From the IMG/VR virus record IMGVR_UViG_3300037840_000382, positions 3,025-67,024 of that record: a stretch of DNA of 64,000 nt. The stretch is one strand, 5' to 3'. Position numbers and translations under genes: made by a program. The DNA is from a virus (taxonomy: Duplodnaviria > Caudoviricetes). The notes beneath the pieces were generated by a model that saw only the letters and a list, made by a program, of their open reading frames with translations, was not told where the DNA came from and did not search any database. Positions 46,004 to 53,604 of this stretch are shown here, piece by piece. The first letter of the stretch is position 1. Each line of letters starts with the position of its first letter.

Positions 46004-47583
46004 CCCTGCATGCTCGTGTTGGTGTCCAATCGCCGGTACATCTCCTTCTCCAGCGGCGTCGCCGTAATTCGATGCACCGTCACGTCGTTCTTCTGTCCCG
46101 GCCGGTAAACCCTTCTATTGCCCTGGATATAGAGCCGCGTTTTGTCGATCGGGACCATCCATACCACCGTGTCCGCGACCGTGAACTGATTAATGCCGTG
46201 GCTGACGCTCTGCGCATCCACCACCATGACTTTGAAGTCCGCCTCGTCGCGGTAAGCTCTGATTACCGCCATTCTCTCGCTTGGCGCCACATGGCCATTG
46301 ATAATCCCGCACCGCCACCGCTTCTGTAGTCTATAATGCAGCAGGTTGACTACGCTTGTCAAGGGACAAAAGATGAGAACTTTGTGTTTTGCGTTCGCAA
46401 CTATCTCCTCAATCATCTGGTAACGCGGCTCGGCGTCGATTTTATGTACTTTGTGCAGGTCATCGTATACGGCGCCGAGCACAATCTGCAAGAGCTTCGC
46501 TCTCGCGACAGCTTCGTTAGCGACCGTCAGTTTCTTGCCGCCTTGCAGTTGGATTAAAAGCGTGCGTTTGAGGTCGCTCGCCGCTTTTTTCTGCTCCTCG
46601 GTTAGCGCCACCTCATGCAAAACTGTACTTAGTGCAGGCCGGTCCTGCCATATCTCCTCGAGCGTGAAGCGCATGGCGGGGGTTAAAATCTGAAATGCCT
46701 TTTCGTAACCGTCCTTCCTCGGGACCCACTTGAACTGATCGATCTTGGTCATGGTCTCGTCACGAAAACCGGTGTACGACTTGCCAAAGGCGTTGTTAAC
46801 CAGCTTCGCTATTCCGTACGCCTCGTCGGGGCGCTGCGACGTGGGCGTACCCGTCATCATCCATAGATAGGGACGCGAGCCGAAGATTTCGCGCGCGATG
46901 TGATGACGCTTGGTGCGCGAATCGACGTAGCCGTCGGCCTCGTCCACAATTATTATTTTTATGCTCTTGTCCTCGGCTAGTGCCTTCGAAAAGCCGTCGA
47001 GCCGCACCGAGGTGCGCATTTTGCGGTCGCTGCGGTAGGTGTGCGCCCCCACCCCCACGCCGTCGATGTTCACGATCGCGAAGTCTGGTTTCTTCGCCAA
47101 GAGGCGCAAGCGCTTCTGCTCGTCGCCGTAGAGCACTTCGAACGTGCGCCGTCCGAGCAGGTTTGACCATATCTCGTCTACCCACACTGTTTCGATCACA
47201 TTGAGCGGGCCCACGATGAGGCAGCGGCACTCGCCTGGCGGGAACTGGTTCATAAGCCAGTCGGCGGCCCACAGGGCGGGAAGCGTCTTCTGCGTACCGG
47301 GATCCGAGAGATTGAAGCACTTGGGATGAATGAGCTGGAAATTGGCCATGAGCTTCTGATGCGCTCCCGGCACCTTGCCGGGTCCGATCGGCCAATCGTA
47401 ATTGGTCATAATCGGTGCCACAGGATAATTAAGCCAACGCAATACCTGGCTGTTGCGCAGCGTCTGTGGCACCGCGACGTACTGACCGTTGACCTGCACG
47501 GCTTCAGGCACATGCTGGCGCACGAGCGGGGAAGGGCGCTCGTAGATCAGAAGCTTGCGCGCGGGATCGTGAAAAAAATTCAT
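45967..47583 (-). CDS. SNF2-family (SF2) DNA helicase
   Basis: DPGTQKT, IIVDEAD, MTGTP, SHGIN and QGNRRVYRPGQ motifs. Confidence 0.9.
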   Translation of the reverse strand: MNFFHDPARKLLIYERPSPLVRQHVPEAVQVNGQYVAVPQTLRNSQVLRWLNYPVAPIMTNYDWPIGPGKVPGAHQKLMANFQLIHPKCFNLSDPGTQKTLPALWAADWLMNQFPPGECRCLIVGPLNVIETVWVDEIWSNLLGRRTFEVLYGDEQKRLRLLAKKPDFAIVNIDGVGVGAHTYRSDRKMRTSVRLDGFSKALAEDKSIKIIIVDEADGYVDSRTKRHHIAREIFGSRPYLWMMTGTPTSQRPDEAYGIAKLVNNAFGKSYTGFRDETMTKIDQFKWVPRKDGYEKAFQILTPAMRFTLEEIWQDRPALSTVLHEVALTEEQKKAASDLKRTLLIQLQGGKKLTVANEAVARAKLLQIVLGAVYDDLHKVHKIDAEPRYQMIEEIVANAKHKVLIFCPLTSVVNLLHYRLQKRWRCGIINGHVAPSERMAVIRAYRDEADFKVMVVDAQSVSHGINQFTVADTVVWMVPIDKTRLYIQGNRRVYRPGQKNDVTVHRITATPLEKEMYRRLDTNTSMQGALLSWIRRGEI

Positions 47584-48056
47584 CGCGGTTCCAGAATAAA
47601 AGCGGCAATATGCCGTCCAGTACCCTTTCCAGATGTTCCGTCTTCAGTCGAAAGCCAGCGCACGTCGCCAAGATTGCGAACCTGTGAACCAGTTACTGCG
47701 AGCAACATTAAAACCCACTTGTCGATCGGGTAGACAAGTACGACGCGCTTGCCTTTGGCGCACTCCATAACGGCTTTGCGCGCCCACGCCGTGGGACCCT
47801 TTTTCTTGCCTTGGTGCATGATTGATCCGAATGGAGGATTGACATAGTTTGATTTACCCCATTCACAAGTCAAGCCATCAAAGCCTTGCGGCAAAGGGTG
47901 TGGGCACGGATCAAAGTCGAATTGAAATTCGGCATCGAGCGCTGCGTAAAGGGCTGGCGGCGTTATCCAATAGTGCTTGCCATCGTTACCGTTGCCAAGA
48001 TGGAATTTGTTGGCGCGAGGCGGCAGTTGGCTTTGATGATTCAGAGTTTTCTCCAC
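47580..48056 (-). CDS. phage DNA N6-adenine methyltransferase (Dam-like)
   Basis: WITP..FDFDPC..DGL..YVNPPF. Confidence 0.8.
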   Translation of the reverse strand: MEKTLNHQSQLPPRANKFHLGNGNDGKHYWITPPALYAALDAEFQFDFDPCPHPLPQGFDGLTCEWGKSNYVNPPFGSIMHQGKKKGPTAWARKAVMECAKGKRVVLVYPIDKWVLMLLAVTGSQVRNLGDVRWLSTEDGTSGKGTGRHIAAFILEPR

Positions 48057-48448
48057 GCCTCAATCTCCCCTATCACTTTCTTGGCCGTTCCCCACGCCGT
48101 CATGCCGCCGGCCTCCTTCACCTCGTCCATGCGCGCCTCTTGAATCTTGGTTGGCCCAAAGCCCTCACGCTTGACCTCGATCCCCCAGAACGCGCCGACG
48201 CTGCGCTGACCCGCGGCGTAACCGCAGTTGAAAGCGCTGTTTAACGCGTCGATGCCCATAAGGTTATTTCTATCTAGCCACGCTATGAAGGCGCTACTCG
48301 GCCTCTCACTGCTTCTCGCAATGCACGCCACGATGTCGGGCAGGCCCGACTTGCCGAAGCCGGGAGCGAAGGTGAGGAAGTAGAACGCGCCGATCCCGGC
48401 GAGATAATTCTTCAGCTCGTCCTTCTCCACTGCTTCCGGCGTCTTCAT
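48041..48448 (-). CDS. VRR-NUC nuclease with ~40-aa insertion
   Basis: TPE..GLPDIVACI..FWGIEVK..PTKIQ..AGG. Confidence 0.8.
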   Translation of the reverse strand: MKTPEAVEKDELKNYLAGIGAFYFLTFAPGFGKSGLPDIVACIARSSERPSSAFIAWLDRNNLMGIDALNSAFNCGYAAGQRSVGAFWGIEVKREGFGPTKIQEARMDEVKEAGGMTAWGTAKKVIGEIEAWRKL

Positions 48449-48521
48449 CCTCGGTCCTCGCGGGTAGCGGTTGCGCTTATAGGGCGGTATTTTCTTTATG
48501 GTCCACTCAGGCACAATAAGT

Positions 48522-49223
48522 TCACTTTCGTTCTCTCCAATGTTCGCAATCGGAAACGCTACACCATGAACATAAGCCACTCTTAGTCTTATCCCACACC
48601 CCACTTTTTTTCTTCTCCTCGATCTCGCCCATCAGCCGCTTCATCTCAGCCCACGTCTTGGTTACGTCGGACAGGTCGTGTAGCTCGCCGACGCGATTCT
48701 CCTTGAGCCAAATATAGCTCCCGCAGATGCGCGTCAATCCAGGATGCTTCGCCTTGAGCAACACGGCGTTGGTTGCTAGCTCGAACGGATCTTCGTACTT
48801 GGAGCCGCCAGTTTTCCAGTCCGCGATGTAAGCGGACATCTCGCCTGTTCTGTGGTTCACGAGCGTCACGTCAATCTTGCCGCGGAACCAAACTTCCTTG
48901 TCCCAGAAATCGCAGGGGCGCATGTTCCATGTGACGCCCAGCTTCTGCTCGACTTGCGCCTCGTGATTGTCGAACGGCGTGCAAAACTGCTCCCACTGCT
49001 GCATGTCAACGGGCAGCGGCTTCTTCGCGCCCACCCGCAGCTCCATCGCGGAATGCACTTTGTCACCCCACGCCATCTCAGGCGTCTCAACGAACGGCTG
49101 ATCCTTGATGACATAGCGTCGCGCCATTTGGTGGGCGCAATTCTTGTACGTGTTGATAATCGAGTACGTGCCAACGAGGCGCGTGCGATCGAGGAAGGGG
49201 GGAACGCCGTCTAGCGTGTTCAT
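48522..49223 (-). CDS. PD-(D/E)XK (RecB/Cas4-like) exonuclease
   Basis: YS..C..G..H; GKID..IADWKTG; C-terminal CSWC..C. Confidence 0.85.
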   Translation of the reverse strand: MNTLDGVPPFLDRTRLVGTYSIINTYKNCAHQMARRYVIKDQPFVETPEMAWGDKVHSAMELRVGAKKPLPVDMQQWEQFCTPFDNHEAQVEQKLGVTWNMRPCDFWDKEVWFRGKIDVTLVNHRTGEMSAYIADWKTGGSKYEDPFELATNAVLLKAKHPGLTRICGSYIWLKENRVGELHDLSDVTKTWAEMKRLMGEIEEKKKSGVWDKTKSGLCSWCSVSDCEHWRERK

Positions 49224-49708
49224 GTTGGATTTTCCTGGCCTTCACGAGCGCCTCCGGGTGGTCGAAGGGAAGGTTGCGGGTAAGTCTTGACGGCCTTTGA
49301 AACAAAAGCTTGATAACTGGCTGCCTTACACATGGCCGTCCAAACCGCCCGAACTATCTCCGGGTGATCAGAATCAAAAATATGATAATACTCAAAAAGA
49401 AAAGGCTTGAAAGCTTCGACGCCCGCGCGGATCATCGCGGGCGTGATCTCAATTTCGTCGTTGCACAGCGATCGCACGCTTTCTATAAGCGCGTTGTATT
49501 CTTGCGTTGTCTCCCTCACGCGGGCTTCGGCGGCCTCCCACTGACGCTGTGACACTTCCCATCTCGCCCATGCCTGCAACCGATTGAGTTCCTTCCGCTC
49601 GATCTCCTGCGCCTGCGCGGCAACCGTGTTGGTAAGGCGCTCAACGCGATCTATCTGGTAGCCGCACGTCGGGCACGGCCGCGCGATCAGCTCTGCGGTG
49701 TCAGTCAT
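49220..49708 (-). CDS. modular hypothetical protein (MTxTAELIAR family)
   Basis: Shares blocks with 59921 and 60172; EITPAMIRAG motif. Confidence 0.65.
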   Translation of the reverse strand: MTDTAELIARPCPTCGYQIDRVERLTNTVAAQAQEIERKELNRLQAWARWEVSQRQWEAAEARVRETTQEYNALIESVRSLCNDEIEITPAMIRAGVEAFKPFLFEYYHIFDSDHPEIVRAVWTAMCKAASYQAFVSKAVKTYPQPSLRPPGGAREGQENPT

Positions 49709-49720
49709 TTTGTCCTCTAC

Positions 49721-49980
49721 TTAGAATACCTTTCTCCCAGCGTACCCACGAGGGGGCGTCAGTAGCCTTTTCCGTAGTCATATATGCTCAGCAGTTCATC
49801 GTTAGAGAGCGGCGGATCAAAAGCATGATCAGTGTCTACCACTTCGTGCTTGCGCGGATCAATGAGACACTGATTGCTCGGATGCATAGAGTCTGACCAG
49901 ATTTCATAGTTCTGACCACGCAACTCGAAATCGGAACAAAGACACCGATCACTCATTTCGAATACTTTTCTCCCAGCGTC
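49721..49980. repeat. imperfect direct repeat duplicating the polymerase 3' end
   Basis: Minus strand acgctgggagaaaagtattcgaaatga (TLGEKYSK*) versus acgctgggagaaaggtattctaagtag (TLGERYSK*). Confidence 0.8.
49759..49956 (-). CDS. small inserted ORF
   Basis: ATGA-coupled to the polymerase; lies between the repeat copies. Confidence 0.5.
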   Translation of the reverse strand: MSDRCLCSDFELRGQNYEIWSDSMHPSNQCLIDPRKHEVVDTDHAFDPPLSNDELLSIYDYGKGY

Positions 49981-51858
49981 ACCTCCGCATCGAGCGGCAA
50001 TCCCGGCAGCCACGGCACGTCGCGGCACAACTCCAGCCGGCAGCGTTCGGCGTGCTCCTCGGCGTTTTCCTTCGGCACCAGGCACAGCAGCTCGTCGTAG
50101 GGATGGTTAAGCACACGGTAACCCATCCCCGTGATCCGGTTCATCGCTTGCGTGACGATGACGCGTGAGACGGCCTCGCAGATATGCTGGACCAATTTCG
50201 AATTCCACATTTTTTTCCAGCCGCGCTTCGTGCGCACGCGCCACCAGCCGTCGCGTTCGAAGTCGCGGCACGGCTCCACGCCGTCCCACTTGTGCCATTC
50301 CAAGGTGTCGTACACAAGCGGACAGCCGTTGGGCAGATAGATTCGCTTGTCACGTATCTCAAGCGGTCCCCACTGCATGGGAGAGCCGCCGGCAAGACGC
50401 GCGATGACGCGCGACGCCTGAGCCCAATAGCCGGTATTCTTAGCGCAGATCGCGGAGTAGGTTTCGCGGTAAAGCGCAACGTGGCGCTCGGCCTCTTCCA
50501 GTGACATGTCGATCGGCGGTCCATAGAGCCCGATTTGCGCCGTCCTTTGGTACTTGGGCGCGGCAGCTCCGTACTGGCACATAAGAATCGCCTGTTTTCC
50601 AGCTCCTCTGCGCATCTCCAATTCCCGCGCACGCGGATCGTCCTTCTTCGGCTTGTAAATTTTCTCGCCGTAGAAGATCGACGCAAGGTCGGCGTAGGGA
50701 TCTTCTTTGTTGCGAAACTTGTCGAGCAGCTTTTCCTCTCCCGCGAGCCAGGCGCATGCGCGAACCTCGATCTGACTAGCGTCTACGGGCGCCAGCATGT
50801 ATCCCTCCGGCGCCAAAATTGCGCGTCTGATATCGGAACCACGTTTGAAGTTGAGCCAGTTGGCCCCGTCCCCACCGGATGGTCGCAAAGTACCAGCTCC
50901 CGCGTAGCGCAGATAAACGCACAGAGGTCCCCGACTTGCCATCCAGCCCAGCGTCTCGGCGCGCGTTTGCATGAGAGTGGACTTTTGGCCGATGCGAGCC
51001 TCGGCGAGGGCGCGAACTCGCGGGTTCTCGTGCTCAAGCAATTCCTCCATGAAATAGTCGGTCTTGGCGAACGCGTAGATTATTCCTCGCGAGCCGTCCT
51101 TGCGTTCCGGTCCTTCTTTGGTCTCAGGTTCAATGCCCTCAGCTCGCAACAGATCAGCAAAGCGATCGCTGGACTGAAGGTCGGCAGCAGAAACATCCAA
51201 CGCAAGCAGTCGAGCAGATTTCTCACGTTCCTCACGCTCCCAAATGGCAGCAAGCAGCTCGGTGTCGGCGCGCAGCACGGGCTGCGTAAACATTTTTATC
51301 GTGGTGTCCACGACAGAATATTCTTCGCTCGGAAACTGTTTCGAGAGTATCCCGAATAGCGTCCAGATCGATTCGGCCTCATCGCAAGCGCCGTCAGCGA
51401 CCTGCTGCCTTATCTCATCGCTCAGCTCGCGCCAGCGCTTTCCCTTGAAAAGGTGATACGGGGTACGCTTAACGGGCAAACCGAATTGCTGCCGGACAGA
51501 ATCGAGGGAGACAGAGATATGATTGCCAAGCAGGAGCCGAGCCATGGACAGCGTGCAACCGGACATTCGAGGCGCCACGGAGTAGTGGTGAGATAGTATG
51601 AGGTGGTCAAAATTCGCGTGGTGGGAAAGGAGAAACACATCCGACCAGTCCTCGCTCTTCAATACCTCCCGCAACTGCCTCTCGTCGTACCATCGTGCGG
51701 GCGTGTTCTTGGACCACTTGATGGCGGCGCCGTGGGCCTCGAACCACTCGTGACGCACGTAGCTCTCGGTCGAGTGATGCGTGAGGCTATAAGGAATGCC
51801 TCGCGCATCCTTGGCGTCGGTGAAAAAACTTTCAAAAGTCTATGACCACTATGCGCAT
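49953..51858 (-). CDS. DNA polymerase family A with 3'-5' exonuclease; frame break after codon 8
   Basis: Motif A DASQIEVR, B RRGAGKQAILMCQYG, C HPYDE; ExoII NFD. ExoI IDF/ES is split by one extra T at 51834-51837. AGGAGG RBS before ATG 51858. Confidence 0.9.
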
Positions 51859-51871
51859 GGTCCACCTCCTA

Positions 51872-52051
51872 CTATCGTATTGCGGCGCTTATCTTCGCTG
51901 CAAGACTATCGGGCAGCGCATCGTGCAGCGCATCCCAATCTCTAACACTAGTAAGTGCCGCGAGTAGTACATCTCGCTGGGTCAATAGTAACGTGCATTG
52001 CGGACATGGTTCTGCGCCATCTGGCGCCATGCAGCCAGGATGATCGTTCAT
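51872..52051 (-). CDS. small hypothetical protein
   Basis: Manual translation MNDHPGCMAPDGAEPC..; ATGA overlap. Confidence 0.45.
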   Translation of the reverse strand: MNDHPGCMAPDGAEPCPQCTLLLTQRDVLLAALTSVRDWDALHDALPDSLAAKISAAIR

Positions 52052-52383
52052 GCGTGCATTGCTTTCGTCTTCACTAACCTATACCCCGGCGCATGCTTCG
52101 TGCCGCCCCTGATCCTCCAGCCCGTGTCCTCGATCAGCTTGTTGATGCCCCAGACGTGCGCATGCACCGTGTAGAGCGAGCTCAGCTCGAACGAGCCCTG
52201 TATCTCTTGCTGCGTCATGCCGTGATCGCCCGTAAGCTTTATCAGATCGAAGATTGCCGCCTTGAGGGGCGGGAAGCGTACGCCCAGACGCATCTCGGGC
52301 ATCGGTTGCCGGCAGAGGGGACACATGACGCGCGTGTGCCAGAACTGCCTGGTGCGGACGTAGCCGTTGGGAGAGTTTTTCAT
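52048..52383 (-). CDS. Zn-finger + winged-helix protein
   Basis: CPLC; TVHAHVWGINK..GYRL. Confidence 0.6.
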   Translation of the reverse strand: MKNSPNGYVRTRQFWHTRVMCPLCRQPMPEMRLGVRFPPLKAAIFDLIKLTGDHGMTQQEIQGSFELSSLYTVHAHVWGINKLIEDTGWRIRGGTKHAPGYRLVKTKAMHA

Positions 52384-52465
52384 CCGAACCAATGCCAAAC
52401 GAGAGCGACGAGGATGACAGCTTCCGCTTCGATGAGAAGAGCGATAACGACTCCGCGCGCGAAGT

Positions 52466-52618
52466 TCATTGCCTATCTCTCTCGTCTTTGAGAACGAGGT
52501 TTTTAATGCGATACCAGCGCGCCACGCACTGCCCCTTGCTATCATTGATCCAAACCTTGGTGCCGCTCGCGTCGATCACGATTTCCAGGGTGTCGCTAGG
52601 CATGTCGATGAAGCTCAT
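52466..52618 (-). CDS. small hypothetical protein
   Basis: GGAGGAG RBS. Confidence 0.55.
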   Translation of the reverse strand: MSFIDMPSDTLEIVIDASGTKVWINDSKGQCVARWYRIKNLVLKDERDRQ

Positions 52619-52706
52619 GGCCTCTCCTCCGGCGCAAGTGAGACGATGACGTGGGCGAGCAGTCCCGCGGCGAGGGCGGCAAGCAAGTGAGAGAGGAGCC
52701 AATGGG

Positions 52707-52886
52707 TCATGGCTGCTCCTCTGCCCGCGCTAAAATATTTTGTGCTCTTTCGTATAACTCGACAGCTTGTTTTATGAGCGCCAATTCTTCGTCGGTGACC
52801 TCGATTTCCGCGCCACTAGTATCTGTATCTGACCCAATCATGTAGTCAGGATAGCGCTCATCCCAACAAACCCTTATTTTTACCAT
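52707..52886 (-). CDS. small hypothetical protein
   Basis: GGAGG RBS; DERYPDY motif. Confidence 0.55.
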   Translation of the reverse strand: MVKIRVCWDERYPDYMIGSDTDTSGAEIEVTDEELALIKQAVELYERAQNILARAEEQP

Positions 52887-53137
52887 TGAAAATCCTCCCC
52901 TCTCAACCTCGCCTCCACCCCCGCGCAGCAAGTCTTATATCTGTGCCACACGTAAGGGTCGATTACCCGCTGTTTCACCTTGGCGGCCGTCCGTGACCGC
53001 CACGTTCGCGGCGGCGTGAGCCCTTTCTCGAAGTGGTGGATCGACTCGTAGGAGTAGCCGGTCAGCTCGGCGAGGCGGGCCTTGGAGAGCCCGCGGCGCT
53101 CGCGCCACTGCTTTGCCTGCTCGTGCTCGGTCATCAC
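52880..53137 (-). CDS. XRE/Cro-family HTH regulator
   Basis: WRERRGLSKARLAELTGYSYESIHHFEKG. Confidence 0.85.
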   Translation of the reverse strand: MMTEHEQAKQWRERRGLSKARLAELTGYSYESIHHFEKGLTPPRTWRSRTAAKVKQRVIDPYVWHRYKTCCAGVEARLRGEDFQW

Positions 53138-53310
53138 GCGAGACTGGTCTCGAGCGAAGCGAGCAGCGACTCAACGCGATGCGAGTAGCCGCCTTCGTTC
53201 TGCCGTTTCTGCTTATGGTGACAGGACCAGCAAAGAAGCAATTCCCTGTCCTTGCCGCCACCGCAGCACACGCAGGTGAACTGGGCGCGGACGTGTGGAT
53301 ACTGGTTCAT
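53134..53310 (-). CDS. small CxxC protein, first gene of the leftward operon
   Basis: Manual translation MNQYPHVR..CVCC..LCWSC; GTGA overlap. Confidence 0.55.
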   Translation of the reverse strand: MNQYPHVRAQFTCVCCGGGKDRELLLCWSCHHKQKRQNEGGYSHRVESLLASLETSLA

Positions 53311-53337
53311 GCGAACCTTCCCATCGAGTACATTTAG

Positions 53338-53367
53338 CTAGTACACTAACGCGCTTTAGCAAGTCAA
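53338..53367 (-). promoter_or_regulatory. leftward sigma70-type promoter
   Basis: TTGACT-N18-TACTAG, overlapped by the ATTTAGnnAGTACA box at 53332-53345. Confidence 0.55.
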
Positions 53368-53452
53368 GCCTTCGCGCGCTAAAAATGCATTAAAAAGCGC
53401 AATCGCTACCGCGTCGCTCTTAAAAAGCAATAAAATTGCGCGGCGTCGCGTG

Positions 53453-53481
53453 TTGACGGCATTGCGGCGAGGGTGCACCAT
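53453..53481 (+). promoter_or_regulatory. rightward promoter for the primase
   Basis: TTGACG-N17-CACCAT. Confidence 0.45.
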
Positions 53482-53492
53482 CGGGAGTAAAG

Positions 53493-53531
53493 AAAAAGCC
53501 CCACCGGCGCGGCTATGCGGTGGGGCTTTTT
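53493..53531. terminator. bidirectional terminator-like hairpin in the primase leader
   Basis: AAAAAGCCCCACCG...CGGTGGGGCTTTTT. Confidence 0.65.
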
Positions 53532-53604
53532 AGGCAAGGTGGTACGTCCTGGGAGGATTGCACCGGAACCTTGCGTAGCAGAAGCCGCAAAGGCGCGCAA
53601 GGGG

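Noticed and set aside
48522-49223. cas4 as part of a CRISPR system
   Set aside because: Stand-alone PD-(D/E)XK nuclease in an ordinary phage replication module.
45699-49980. Diversity-generating retroelement TR/VR pairs
   Set aside because: Repeats are short, mismatches are not adenine-specific, and no reverse transcriptase was seen.
51826-51858. Genome-wide TGA recoding to explain the polymerase stop
   Set aside because: Read-through stays in the wrong frame, and TGA is the normal stop in many coupled genes.
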